Program-made: the position numbers and the translations under genes
Source of the DNA: Styela clava
Lineage: Eukaryota
Assembly: GCF_964204865.1 (NCBI RefSeq)
Contig: NC_135250.1
Span: 8,866,001-8,930,000, forward strand
Reading direction: 5' to 3'
Length of the DNA: 64,000 nucleotides
Part shown: positions 39,701 to 54,171 of the stretch, piece by piece
Position numbering within the stretch: the first letter of the stretch is position 1
Layout: each line of letters starts with the position of its first letter
Notes under the pieces: generated by a model
The model's database searches: none
The model's input: only the letters and a program-made list of their open reading frames with translations
Told to the model about the DNA's origin: nothing

Positions 39701-41074
39701 TCTTTATTTATGCCGGATAGCAGTCATATACGAAAGGATAGCCGGGCCAACTTAACGTTACTTTCATAAAACCTTTCGAATATCATGTATATTTGTACAA
39801 TTTACGATGTTATTCAATTATTTTTGAATTGTAAAACTGTAGATATATCGATAGACATTATCCTTTTTGTGTTTTTTTTTATTACTATTCATGTGTATAA
39901 AAACAGTAAGCGAACTATTGTGCAGTGGTAAAATAAAAAATCGTTAACGTTGTTTAAATTGTATTGGTATGTTTACATATATATTAAATATAAGATGACA
40001 GTATACGTAGAATGCATTTTTTTTGTCGATCGCTCAGTTCCCTAAAAAGTTCTATAATGATAGGTATTTCATCAATCTTAGAAAAAAATCCAAAATGGGG
40101 AAAATGTATTTTCTACTAAAAGGAAAGCTGTCAAAGCTTTTTCATTCAGAAAACTTATCGTTTTGAAAGAAAACGTAGTGGGTGCAGGGTAACTAAATAA
40201 ATATAAATATGTCCTCAAGTCGACTATATAAAACATCGAACAATGGCGGAGAGTCCAGCACTGGTTTATATTCAACTAAGTTTTGCGTTACTCTGAGATA
40301 AAGCAGAACCGGATGCTCTATTTTAGCATCAGTGATTGAGGAGAAACGGCTTTAACACTCAGATGATGGGGAAATCTGGATGTCCATTTAATAGCTTTCT
40401 TCAGTTGCCGAAAACCACCACTTACGTTTGCCATCGGTAATCTATATCCATTCATTGTGATTTAAATAGGGAATTTTTTTCATAAAATATTTCCCACATT
40501 ATTCAAGACATATAATTCATAAGTCATACTTTCTTGTGTTGACTAAATCTTAAATGTTGACATGGTCCAGGTATATTGTAATAAAATAAAAATCCCGTTC
40601 CCAAAAGGATATATAATGTTATATATAATGTCACCTTTGCGACTGCTTCGCCTTTTTTGCCAAATATGGTAAAATACCTAAAATGGTATCATAAGATAAA
40701 TGTAATGCTAATCACGTATATACCAACATTCTGACTCGATACAATTTTGATTTCTGGTATCTAACACAGTCAGTAAAAAAATGAGGAAAAGGTTATATAC
40801 ATCTTGGAAGACCAGAAATTCATTATTATAATATTCGCGAACCCATATGCATTGAGTATTTATGAAACGAATTGTTCAATATTTATATTTTGACCATGTT
40901 TTGACAACTCAATATCATTTAAAACACTTTGACATCACTACCAAGCATATTTATAACGGAAGTACATTATAGTTGAAAAATTATGACATACTCAACTTGA
41001 TTGAATGATCTTGTGATGGGTTGCATTTTCAATCTGATAATTTGTTTAGTTCCCCAACGCAAACTGCAAATAAA

Positions 41075-41277
41075 GGTTCCATTACATTTGAACCCACGTA
41101 CATTTGAACCCATGACAATTGCACCTGTATGCTATTGCACCTATGGAATTTTTTGTGTTTCACGGATAGTTAAATCCATACTAACCCTAACCCATGGGTT
41201 TTAGCACCCGCATATAGATTGAACCCGTGGATATACGCATGGGTTCAAATGTACATGGGTTCAAATGTACGGTCACC
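41075..41277. mobile_element. Mutator-like MITE, 203 bp
   Basis: Perfect 9-bp TSD GCAAATAAA; GG..CC termini; arms built from tandem TACATTTGAACCC repeats; internal CTAACCCTAACC. Confidence 0.85.
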
Positions 41278-43112
41278 GCAAATAAATGCATACCGGTAAG
41301 CGTAATTGGGTTCAGGCGATCAAACTACACACTAAGATGGAGGGCAAACACGGCCAGAGTTCATCTTCCGAAGATAAATATCGTCACGCTAATAACCGAA
41401 TTGCGTAAGTCATTTTAAGCAGTTCTGAGAAAAACGTAAAAAACTTCCTAATGATATTGCTAGTCCATTGAGAGTCAATAATTTGCCATAGTTCAATTTT
41501 TTGATCGTAGCCGGATTTAAGTTAATTTGTATGATGCAGTCATGTGACGTCATAATGGCGCACTGTGACTTAGGCAAAATGTGTCTATGACTATTTCCTA
41601 ATAAAAATATTCATTGTTAATCACTATTGTAGTTTATGTTTCTTAAAGCGATTTGCATCTTTATGCATGATATGCTCACGAAATGAAGGCCTTTCAATAA
41701 AACAGGTAAACGTTGAGCATATGTATTTTATTTCTGTCACGACGAGAGCACTAATTAATGAAGCAATCCTTCACGTAGAATATTCTTCATTTAATTGTTT
41801 TTAGTCTTAACGTAACAATTGATAAATAAAACTTTGTATCAGGCATAAATTCGAGACAAGTTGATTATCAGTGAGATTTATTAATACAAACTAACTGTTT
41901 GGTTCCGTTCAATGTCAAGACATGAATGCAAATATTTGCTTTCATTGTAAATATATATGACAGAATAGGAAATGAGTAAATAATATCATATCAAGTAAAT
42001 ACCAAACGAATATTTGTGATTATATATATATATATATATATGTGTGTTTGCATATTTTGACGTTGAGGTTCATCAGGTAGTTTTGTAACAACGTATTGAT
42101 GCATTGTTTTTGTTATAGAATGTCTTTCAGGTTTCGGGAAGTTCAACGGCGGCATCCCACCTCGAAAGAAGTGGGCGGTGATGATAGTTGAAAAAGTTAA
42201 ATTATAGTTGCAAGTTTCGTGTTCAGTTGTGGCCCCCTCAATTCAAATTAGTTGCTTTCAATCAAGCGAAACACATGCATAGCTAACCCCAGTCAATTCT
42301 GACTACCGACAGCATATATATATATATCTCGCTTTCTATGTAGCTAGCATACATAAGTGGAAATGGATCATAAGTGTACATTCTCACATGTTTATTTTTG
42401 TGGCACTATCGTCTCAAACTTTTGGTGTACATCTCCGGCGCTTTGTAGTACAAGAAGAGAGCAATGCTCGACTATATTGAAATGAATGCAAGTTCTTACC
42501 TGGAGCTGAATAACTAGTTTGCGGAAAACATCAACGCACAAACATGACAGAATAAGGCGTTCCCGTATTTTATATAAAAAAAAGTGTTTGTTGAAATATT
42601 GGGTCGTATAGGACTCGTAACCATCTAATATAGAGCAAAAGCATTTTTGATCAATGGGTCAAAAATCATATTTTTAATGTGGAAAAGAAGACGGTAGGTA
42701 ACTAATATTCAATCAATGAGATACCAGCTGTTGTATTTTTTCTGTGAGTGGTATCATCCTTGAATGGTATTGAGTAGTTTTGAGCTTTACACACGCAACA
42801 CTTACGTCGTCTCAAATTTACGAAATTTACGTGCAAAACACGGGTTCACATACATATAAATTACCGAAAAACGTTCATAATACCATGGCAAATATTATCA
42901 ATATTATCCGCTTTTAGAGCATTATATTTTTTTATGCGAGTCTTTCAAATTTTGTTTTTCAATCGTCACTACACGCGAAAAAAAATAATAAACTGCAAAA
43001 TAGCACATGTAGTACCTCTCGTACACCCCGGCTATTTTCTACGGTCTCCTCTGGTTCATCAATGAGAATTCTCATCGGGTCCATGCGCCTCCGAAATCGA
43101 ATCATTGTAGCG

Positions 43113-44061
43113 CATGGGTCAGCAACCCTTTGTCGCTTGCGGGCCCAAATTAGGGGTTGTGGGCAGTGGTGGGATTCAAATTTTTTGTCAGCTGGTTTCA
43201 TCACAAAAGTCATATTTTTCAGCCGGTTCTGTTACAAACAAAACATTGACAGTAACCAGTTAAGCTAACCGGTTCGCTGATCTCATAAAATTTCATGAGA
43301 GGGTTCTATAGAAGCGGTGCGAACCGGCTGAATCATATATATTTAAAGAGTTAAAAACCGAACGGATGGCCGATGAATCACAATGTTTTTTTACACAGAT
43401 CATAAATTGAAATTTTACATTTTAAACAGCGCGCGAAGACTGTGACAACTAGTGAACTCAAAATTACAAATGTCATTTAATGTGACACTTGTTGTTGCAT
43501 CACGATTGATAGCTTTTCAATATCTGGCTGCACACTGTATGGGCATCCGAGTTCTCAGCTTGTTCATTGTAATGTTCAATTTCGAAAATAATTTAAACAT
43601 TTCTTCTATTTTCCGAGTCACGGTTCTAGCAGAAAGGCTCATATTGGAGAATAAATTTTCTTCTTCATGGCATACAATACCGACTACGGTCATCAACGAT
43701 TTTGAAATGCTTCTATTCATAATGACGTATAGTGTTCTATACCTCTTGGCCCAAGTGTTCTGCGCCCTTAAACACTCTACATTCAGCTTCAACTTTTTTG
43801 CGTTTTTCTTTTTTGCCATTTGTCAATTTATATTTAAACTGCAGGCTCTTGATACTAGTATCTGTTCAAATTGTTAGGCTATAATATAATTTAGACTACA
43901 TGTGTCTCACAATAAATTCTGATACGTGGAAAGAATATAATCGACTCCTCAAACGTAGATTATAAAATTAATTCTTCTTCAAAACCGCAGTTTTGTCGCT
44001 ATATTTCAGTGAAGCGTCGCTGGCCGGATCTGACCCGCGGGCTGTAGGTTGCCGACCCCTG
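43113..44061. mobile_element. Internally deleted SPIN/Charlie hAT element with nested MITE fragment (43163-43334)
   Basis: TIR CATGGGTCAGCAACC / GGTTGCCGACCCCTG; perfect TSD TTGTAGCG; minus-strand relic ...VCHEEENLFSNMSLSARTVTRKIEEM. Confidence 0.88.
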
Positions 44062-45239
44062 TTGTAGCGAGACAAGATGTGAGAAGTGAGATCCGTGATT
44101 TTGTTATGTCCTAAAAGTTGTAACAGACATGTTGCCATTAAGTGCATACCGTGTGCTATATTTCACCCATTCTTGGATTAAACTAATTCTCTTTGCTTGA
44201 ACTAAGGCTGGGTTCATTACCAATTTCAAGACTGAGAAGTTAGTATGTTCTTTGCATTAATTTGTCACTTGGCGGGCGCACCAAAAAACAAACATAATGT
44301 GTCGCTTTGTGATCCGCGAGCCGAGAGTTTGTCATACCTACGCTGCAGTAGGTGATTGACGTCTGTGCTTGTACGCTTCATACCGTTGACTTAGCACTGC
44401 GTCTTGAAGATGTCATTTGCAAAGCTGCCTTGGTTTTGTAAAATAAGGTATGTATTATTTTGGAATGAGCGAAGCCCTTGAATTATAGTGCATCTGTTGT
44501 AATAATCTGTTGAACTAGGCCTAGTTGTAAATAACCCCAAAACTTACTAAAAAGTCCAAACATCTACCGACAGTCAGTCACTGTGGCCGAGCGAGAGCTG
44601 ATAAAATTAGATATGTAACAGACTATATATATTATGCTGACTGGTTTCTACGCTAAAACCAATTATTTGAAGGTCAAGCTAGTCTATTAGGCTACGAGAC
44701 AAAGTCTTGAAGACCAGTTTCGTAGCGACCATGAGATGAATAAGTAAAATATAGGGGTTTTGTATGAAAATGTACGCGTGTCAGCTCGACTCCCGATAAT
44801 ATTCGTTTAAATCTACAATGCAAAGCCTGCTTTCAAAACGATTCTTTTAACAACATGCAGCTGCTGTAATTAATTTTCAGTTAGCACAGACCTGGCAATG
44901 GAAGATAATTTTGTATGAAAAATACCTCTTAATTTGATGCAATTTTATTGCAATGAAAATGTGGGTGCTTGAATTAGTAATGAATGAGTGAGAATAATTT
45001 TGAAGACATTTGTACGTTTACGTATAGTTACTTATGACAGGTTGAGGTTCCAAAAAACATGCCACAAGGTATGATGCAGGCCAAACCGACGAATGAGTCA
45101 CATACATGCTATATTTGAAATGACTTAAAATGGTACTTTACAACAGACTTTTGTGTGTGTACTTTTGTTTTAAATGACGTTGAATAAAACCTAAAACAAT
45201 GTACGACTGTCATTAGATATTTTCGGACTAAAATATCAT

Positions 45240-48200
45240 TTATAGTTCAATTTTAGTATGGCCAGGATTTTGGTAGGATGCAGACAATCGTTTGCAATCT
45301 GTTGGGTATAGCTTCAACAGCTCCCATCCACCACCGATTTCTTCAAGTTCGTTTGTTGCAGCGGCGACCTGTTCCGGTTGAGATTCAGGCGACGGCACAA
45401 AAACAGTTACGACTCTTTTACCTGCAACGAAAGTATGTCTGATTCGTGTAAGTTGATAAATTATCTATATTGTGAAATTTTATTCATAGGGTGTTATTTT
45501 GTTTGTTAGTTTATTCATCCAAGTTAATATATACACATAACATACCTGTATGGCCACAACATGTAAGCTTCATTGCGTAGTTTTTGTAGTCAGATACCAT
45601 CACAAAGTCTGAGCTTTCTCTGTCATCTTGGTATAAGGTGGGAAAGAAATATGTCAGAATTGAAGGAAATGAATGTAAAAAAGCAAAGAAGTCTGAAACA
45701 CAAAATACAAAAATATGCTGGCAAACGTGTGAACGCAGTCCGAAATTTCAGTTGGCATCAAAGCGTTTAAATTAATTTCAATTTTGATATGTGATATGTC
45801 GGGAGGCAAAGTCAGTTAGGGGTTCAAACAATATATATTACAATCAGACCCAGTTAAAATCTTGATCTCTGCTATTGGGCCGAGGCCCCAAAACAACCCC
45901 CTTTGCTTTATTACACTTCAAGTCCAAGATATCGTATTGTAGTATAATATGTATTGTGTTATATATGGCTACAAGCCTAATCACAATACAATTATTACGC
46001 ACATTTTCGATAAAAGAAAAACTGAATCAAGTGGAATAGGCCGATAAAATAGAGCTCTTGTTTACAAGGTGCAACTAAATCCTATTATGTACACGCTGTT
46101 TAATTAAATCTCTAATCATATAAAAAATAGCATCCAGACTCGACAAAAATTCAAAAAAACTTACTGCCACCCTGTTTCTCCGTAAATCTAGAATTTCCAA
46201 CTTTCTTGTATTCCTTGTGATCTTCGCTATGGGAGTGTTCATCTCTGAAACAAAGATGCAACATAATTTAAGAAGTTGAGCGCACAAACAGAAGAAGCGA
46301 GCCAGTGTTATAAGAAAGAGAAAAGAACTTTTCAAAGTGCAAAAGATGAAGGAAAATAAAAAGAGACTAATAAAATTAAATTCGGTTTAATTTTATTTTT
46401 CGTTTTGAATGCTCAGACAAATCAAGTATGCTGCTCAAATGTATTGCTGTTATAAAATTCCAGGTTTTTCAATTTATATATAATAGGTTTTTAGTGATAT
46501 TCAATTTAAACCAAAAAGGTAATAAAGGCGAAAGTTTAAGAGAATGATGAACTGAGACAATACAAAAAACGATTGTATATATACCCAAATTTGGTGTGTT
46601 CTATTGCGACTTTTCCGCCGTCACTTGTTCCTCCAATATCTTTGTATGCAGTACAGCCACTAATTTCATGGGACTTTCCAGCGGTGTACCAGGTACCTAG
46701 AAGCTGATATGCGGTATTAATAATATTAATTACAAGTCAAAGCGCGAATTAGAGAATTTAATCCTAACTGAACAACTTTACAAACCTTTTCAAATTGAAA
46801 TCCTTTGGTAACATCTGGTAGAGTACATTTTGAGTGTCCATGGTTTTCACTTTCAACAACCACATCGTGAATGTCATAATTAACATTTGGTAGGTTTTTG
46901 CATTCAGTAGGATATAATTTCACCAGTTCCCAGTCATGTCCGATTTCTTCTAGACGATTAGTTGCTGCTGCAACTTGTTCGGGGAATGATTCTGGATTCG
47001 GTGAAAAAATATCTACAACCTTTTCGCCTTGAAATAGAAAAAATATCCAGATCAGTCTTGATCTACATGTATATTATATTTTTAAAATATTTGTCTTTTA
47101 CCTCGACACAAAAATTGAGACTCCTTATTTTTATTAATACTTTTATACTTATATTATATTGTTCAATTGTATAGGGCAAACATACATTCTACCGATATTC
47201 AACTACTCGATTTTGATACTTAATATGTCGTATTTGAAATTGCGTCAAAATTTTTCCACCAATAAAACTGTAATACGAATTAAATTCTATAAGATTATTA
47301 CTGGTGATGAAGGGATTGGCAAAATGAAATCGATTTGCCTAAAAACTGAATTTGGTGGTACACAAATCTATTGAGATATATATAATTAGAGTTTCTACAA
47401 TTCCAACAGGCTCCAAACAACTAAAATAATATGATCAATTTCTAAACTCACCACTGTGATGATCGCATATCAGTTGCAATAAATAGTTTTCGTAGTCAGA
47501 AAATAAAACAACTTCTACAACATTTCCTGAAAAAAAAACTATCAAATTTACTAGGATGAAAATTATTCTGATTGATTGGTAGTCCATTGCCCAGCCTGAC
47601 GCATGAAGGATTATGGATACAATATAAACGAAACGCAAGTAACAACGTATTAGCATGATTCCCTCCTTAAAACATGTTTTGTAACCCAAGCGCTGCCACA
47701 TGAAATCAGACATTTGAATAATAGAGGATATTTGCATGAATGCATGATGCAAAAAATACATGAATGTTATATTTTTTCCGACACGAAAGTGTGCTTAACG
47801 ACATTTTTTTATTTTTTTCATTTCCACACAAGTTTCGGTAAACTGCATTCATGTGATACAGTGAGAATTTGCAATTTTGAATGCAAGCTAATTGATTTAT
47901 ATATATAAATTATTATTTCAAATATTATTTTCATAATATCTTACCCAAATGTGACGTCTTTACAAATCTTGAAGGTCCAACTTTCTTTAAATCATAATGT
48001 GTCAACGTGTTTTGAGTTTCATCACTGCATAATGATAAAATTCATAAATAAATTGTTAGGTTACGTTAACACGGTGTCCAGGAAAGGCATAAATAAATAC
48101 AGGACGATTCAGATGACTAGCGACCAAAACATGTAAACGAAATACGGGATTTAAAACGCTACCAAAAAAGTGAGTGAACATATCGGAAAGAATGAAATCT

Positions 48201-51200
48201 TTACTTTATATTGAAATAGTCCGAATCAACTTTTCCAGGACTGACTCCTCTAATGGCAGTACAACCTTTGAGTTGTGTAGATTGTCCAACCATGTACCAT
48301 CTTCCCTTGAGCTGTTTTAAAAATAAATACATTTTTTAAAAGTAAATAAATTTTATCATGCTGCGACCCGGCTCATTTATCCTAATCGGCATAGATTCGA
48401 GCCTGATCTTAATATAAAAAAATGCTGTTCAAAATTATCTGATGTCTGTCAATCAGGTACAGCTAATTCGAAATGCTTCAAAAATAAAATCCGAGTTGTG
48501 GAGGTATGTTGGAGCAGTGATTTTCAACCGGTGTTCCGCGGGGACCTCCAGGTGTTCCGCGAAAAATTGCTTTTTCGAAGTATTATGACGTCTTTCGAAT
48601 AATATAAATAGAGTCGATTTGAAAACGGCGAGTCAGAGTTTTAAAAAGTCGGTATAAAAAACTTGTAACCAGATAAGAAATGACAGGCCATATTCCCTTT
48701 TAATAGACTTTATCTCGACGAGTATTTTTAGTGACCCATTCCATTCTTGACCAAATAATGTTTCGAAAATGTGAACATTATACTCGACCATGAATGGAGT
48801 CATCATCGGAGTTGATTACATTCGTTGCATTTTGAAGCTTTTCTTGCAGTAATAATTAGGGTGTGGCATCATCAAAATCGTCAAGTGAAGTGTTAAATTT
48901 GCAAATTCCGTAAATAAAATTGTGAATTTGTAGGTAACGATTTTAGCTATGATAATGGTCGCGGTATTGTTTTGTTGGGAAAGAAAACGTTAAAACTCGA
49001 GGTGGTTAATTCTAATCAGCATGTAAGATATCGTTAAAGAAGTGCTCTTTATCGTCATCTCGCCTAATGACCACGTAGAAATGTCTTTATTTCAGCTTTT
49101 AAATCAACATTCAGGATTCACGCAATCACAGATTTATCTAATCACAGTATCTAATTGATTTATTCCGGAAATAACACTGACACCAATGTGGTGCATAAGA
49201 AACTCAATTATTGTCTTAATAAATGTGTGCATCCCGTTGTCGATAATGATAATATTATTCGCTAAACTGGGACGTTTAATTTGCAAACGGCGATAAGTTA
49301 GATCTAAGCCAGCGCAAAAGATAAAAATCAGAATAAAATTAAGTTGGAATTTAAAAGCGCTCCATTAATGTCATTAACATCTGTGTCCGATGTGAACGCA
49401 TATAGTTCTACCAAAATATGAAACTTCGATCTCCGCCGATCGACAAGAATTAATACTTGCGCACAAGAACAGTGGCGGTAATATGATAACGTTCAGGGGG
49501 CAAAAAAAGTAGCGATTATGACGAAATTAAACAGTAAAAATCGCTTTGCTGCCAATTTTCAATGTTTCTATTAATTTCCAAATCGACCTCCGACCTTCTG
49601 GACTCCTGTTGCGTATAAAAAAAACGCGAGAAATTGAGAGACGTTGAGAAAGAGCTGCGTGTTTGTCTCTCCTCAATTACAGAATAAAATATTTGAAACT
49701 ATTCGAAACAGACCCAAATATCACACTAAAATACTATTTCTGTTTCTAGCTACCGTAATCATAGTATTCATGAGCAAACTTGCAAAAACATATATTTGTG
49801 CCGTACTTTAGCTCTCGTAGCTCTGAATCGGAATGTGTCACGTCTTTTCCTGAAGTTGACAAGCTATATTACTGATTTCGTTATTTTATTTTCATGCCGA
49901 AATGATCGACGTCAGTTAATTGCATAATATAGTTTATTTCCAAAAATTCCGTTTGGTGTTCCGCCACAATTTCAGATTAAAAAAAGTGTTCCTCGGTACA
50001 AAAAAGGTTGAAAATCAATGTGTTGGAGGTTCAGTCTCTAAAAATATGCTTATACCACTGGTATAAGGACTCATTAGTGTTTTAGACTCGGGTTTACCTG
50101 TTATCAAGACCATTATGAATACGAACCTGGTGTGAAATATACTGCTCCGACACTTCAGGCAATTCACAACTGTTTTTCGAATACGGTATTTTTTTGCAAT
50201 CAGTGGGATAAAGTTTCACTAGTTCCCAACCCTCACCGACATCTTCTAGAGCGTTGGTAGCCGCAGCGACTTGTTCGGGATGAGATTCCGGATTGGGTAC
50301 AAGAACTTCAATGACCTTTTTTCCTGAATATGCATAGTATTTGAATTCAATGTTGAAATTTTTAAGTTACTAGTTTTAATAAAGACGCATCGCGCATTTG
50401 TGATTGAAAAGTTAATAATATTGTAGCAAACGTTTTCATTCCCCACTACTAAAACTAAAAATGTTGGAACGGTAGGACACTGGCCTTCCTGCATTTATTG
50501 CACCGTCCTACCTTTATTATAGCTATAAAGGCAAACTCAAGAAGGTTTTTAAAATTCTCTGTAAATATATTATGAAACATATAACATTGTCATCGTCAAA
50601 ATTGTTTGCCATTGAGTGAGCAGAATACTTCAATATGTTGAATACATAATAACAAACGTGAAATTTACCTGTTTTAGCGTCACAGAACAATTTCATTATG
50701 TATTGCTTAGAATCAGAAACGATTACGAATTCCGGAGAAAATTCTTTATCTGCCAAATAAATAAAAAATGTTTTATAATCAATCTTAAGAAAATTGAAAA
50801 TAGTAGTTAAATTTAGGATAAAATGATTTTGACTATACTAGAGGTGGACGAAATTTTTTTTATAAAGTGCATTATATGTAGCAAAGTACGAATTATATCA
50901 TGTACATAAAAACAAACATATCATCGCTTCAAATATTTTAACTTTCTAATTCAAATCATTGGAATACCAAAATGTATGTTGACCACAAGTCCTACCTTTG
51001 CTAGATTTTACTGCAAATCTGGATTTGCCAACCTTTTTGTACTCGTATTGGAGAATCTCAGTTTTGTGCGAAGCATCACTAAATAATTTAAAAAAATGAA
51101 ATATGCATTTTGGGGTAGATTGTATTTTGTCCAATATGACCAACCCCGTGATATTGTTGACCTTACATCAAAGTCACAAATCGATGTAAATGTTGGCATT

Positions 51201-52640
51201 CGTTATTTTCAGACGTCTAGCTGGTACCTGACATCTTTTGGCGAGAAACAAATTACTTATATTACCGTGAGTTCTCATATTTTTTATTGATCCAAATTAC
51301 CGTGAATACATGCTTATATATCAATTTGTCTTTTATATCAGCTATTTAATTAAGTCTTTAATGCAAATATATATTGATTTATTTTGAAAAATAAGTTGTC
51401 AAAAGACGGACTCTCTGCATTATTGATCAAATATACAAATTGCATCTCACGCAAAATTGTGCAATTCGATATTCACAGTGCCAGTTGTGGTAGTTTGTGC
51501 GTGAAATTGACTGTCGACTCTGCATCTAGAACCTTCAGTATACGACACTCCGACTGTGTACCATTTCCCTTCAATCTGTAATTTTGAGTTGGAGTTCGTG
51601 AAAAATAAACGTAAAATATTTCATTTGGAAATAATACATTTAACATTGAGTTTGTGCACCGCAAATTAACATGATCAAGAACACTAAGGACTAAATTATT
51701 GTATTATATTTGAATATATTCCCCACTGTTTTTTTAAAAAAAAATAGTTTGTCGTATTATATACATTCCATTAAGTATAGTATTGCATATAATACCTGTT
51801 ATTATTCATTGTCCATATTCAATTCATATGTACGGAAAAAAAATTACAGTACATTACATTCAAAGCGTCCCAATTGTTCAGAATGAGGGCAACTTGTTAT
51901 ATAAAACAGGGATAATCAACTATTTTCACTAGAGGTCCGTACACAAAATATTTATTAAATATCACGGTGATCCGGTGATTCCACAAATACATTTTAACTA
52001 TGCAAACAAAATTTCAAATGTATCGTTTGATAAAATACAAGAGCAATGCTCAATATCGCGCTTCGGTGTCAATATAACAAGGTTTCAGTTGTTCAGCTGA
52101 GCGCCGACTTTGCTTGAAAGATGTGAAACATTTGCCACAATAGCACACGTAAATAAATATTTTAAAATCTATATTTGGAATATATTAGTTGCTGAGAGAA
52201 GCGATTTTTCTCCAAGTAATATTAAGAAAACCCACAACGTCCACGAGAATTTCATCAAAACGATTTTTTTTAGTTGTTCACCGAAAAATGCATTACATCA
52301 CGATTGTGAAATAAAAAGAAAACGGTGCATTCAAAGTCAAGAAGCAACTGCGGTCCAAATTTAATACTCGAACGGTCCGGATTCGGACCGCCAGTTGAGT
52401 AGCCCTGATGTAGAAAACTAAATGTTTAATAGTCGAATAAGATTATAATATTATTCCATAATGCATAATATTGTTGATTTGCATGATTTCCACCGACACA
52501 AATTCATTAAAAGTTGGGCTTACTTTGTCAAAATTTAAATCTTCCTTCACATGAGGTAGCGCACAATTTGTGCTTCCATAAACTACGCTGGGAACAGAAG
52601 CTATACACAACAAAACTGCTAATTTTGCCATAGAATCCAT
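45240..52640 (-). CDS. Triple-domain lipocalin (ApoD-like), about 522 aa, 13 exons, signal peptide, C-terminal KIEL
   Basis: Minus-strand exons 52524-52640, 51451-51575, 50996-51078, 50669-50749, 50127-50323, 48205-48311, 47945-48024, 47452-47526, 46786-47027, 46585-46703, 46165-46244, 45546-45626, 45240-45421 = 1569 nt in frame. Each domain has C-x-LP-x-V, G-x-WY, SD(Y/S)xxY..C and PEQVAAATNxLE..WEL.KLYPTxC; intron phases 0,2,1,1 repeat three times. Confidence 0.85.
48515..50020. mobile_element. Non-autonomous hAT (Charlie-like) element, 1.5 kb, in lipocalin intron 5
   Basis: TIR CAGTGATTTTCAACC / GGTTGAAAATCAATG; perfect TSD TGTTGGAG; subterminal GTGTTCCGC repeats. Confidence 0.92.
51907..52407. 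mobile_element. Older hAT MITE in lipocalin intron 1
   Basis: TIR CAGGGATAATCAAC / GTTGAGTAGCCCTG; flanks ATATAAAA / ATGTAGAA (6/8). Confidence 0.7.
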
Positions 52641-53763
52641 CTTCGTTCAATGACCTCCACACTAAAATAGAGGTTTATCGGACAGCAATATTTAACTCTT
52701 GCACTGACACAGGTATTGCGGAAATGTGCTCACTGACTGACCCGTATCTACGTGTGGCAAAGTCGAATATCTCTTTTTCAGACGTGCACGTTTGAAATTA
52801 ATGATCAAATTTACGTTTTATTTGATGTTAAATAACATTTGTACTATTAAGAATTACGTGAACATAAGCATTTTTCTGCGTATGCATCAGAGAGTATTAA
52901 CGCTTCGGTGTTGCAGTTACACCGAGTGTCATGTATCGGAGTAATGCTTTAATTTACACAAATAAAATAAAAATTTCGTAGTATATGGCATATTTAAAAT
53001 CAATCATTTTATGCAAAGGAAGCAGTCGATCATGATCATAAATCATCCTGCAAATAAATGGCATGGGTACCCAGACGAAAACGATAGGTTTCGTAATGAA
53101 AGATACATATACACGTGATATTTTATAACAATTAATGTCGCAATTAATTGGATTGATCATCTTTTCATGCACCAACATCTTGATTACACCGGTTTTAAAT
53201 GATCGATAGTTTGAAAATCAGTACCTGGGCTTGTTTGGATGATTTCGAAGTGCCGAGGTTGTTATGGGTACCTTCAATCTTGCGGACACCAATATTTGAC
53301 CACAATTTTAAAGAGTTTGGTATTTTTGATGTAGCATAACCTATTTTTGGCACAATCACAAATATACATTAGCTATCACATAGTGAAAGCCTGTTACGAT
53401 TACGATGGTAAAAGCCAAATTGACTGTTTACCATATCGAAAACAAATATTGCAAATACTTATTTAACAATGCTACATTTTACAGAGTACAAGTCGAATAG
53501 TGTTCATTCGGTCATCTTCAATATCGTTAACGGCCAATCAAGCTCAACAGTTACTCAATTTCAATATTAAACTCTTACTAGCGCGAGATAGCATTCGAAC
53601 ATGAATGCTTGGGCCACATTGTTGTCAGTGATAGGTTAGTTAATGGGTGGGCAGGGTTTTCAGAATGGCGAGCCATGTAAGTGTGACGTAATAATTTAGC
53701 TATCAATCTTTACGAATTAGGATGTAAATTATTAGAATTCATCCGGAAACGATAGACTATAGT

Positions 53764-54163
53764 CAGTGGTTCCCAAACTTTTTTGTATCATCGCCCCCTT
53801 ACAACTTTTGTAATTTATACAACTTTTTCGCCCCGCAGCATTAAGAAAATTTTAAAGTCAGAAACGATAATTTTAATATTTGCGTAATATAATGCAATGT
53901 CGGGCACTATGCTTTAAGACAAAAAAGGCACACTCGAAAACATTTCACACGAAGAAAAACTATCAAATAATGTGTCGGCCAAAAATTGAAATAGGTGAAA
54001 CATAAAATAATACCATATATTTGCGTAATAAAATTGCAGTGCGGGACACTCATTATTATATGCTATTCTTTTCTTTTCCACTCATTTTTAATTTCTGCCA
54101 GTCCGCGAGTACAATTTATTTAATTTTACCGGTCCGCCAGGGTAAAAAGGTTGGGTACCACTG
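53764..54163. mobile_element. hAT MITE (possibly chimeric)
   Basis: Ends CAGTGGTTCCCAAAC / GGTTGGGTACCACTG; right end belongs to the same family as the 13610 element; flanks do not match as a TSD. Confidence 0.7.
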
Positions 54164-54171
54164 CTTTAAAC

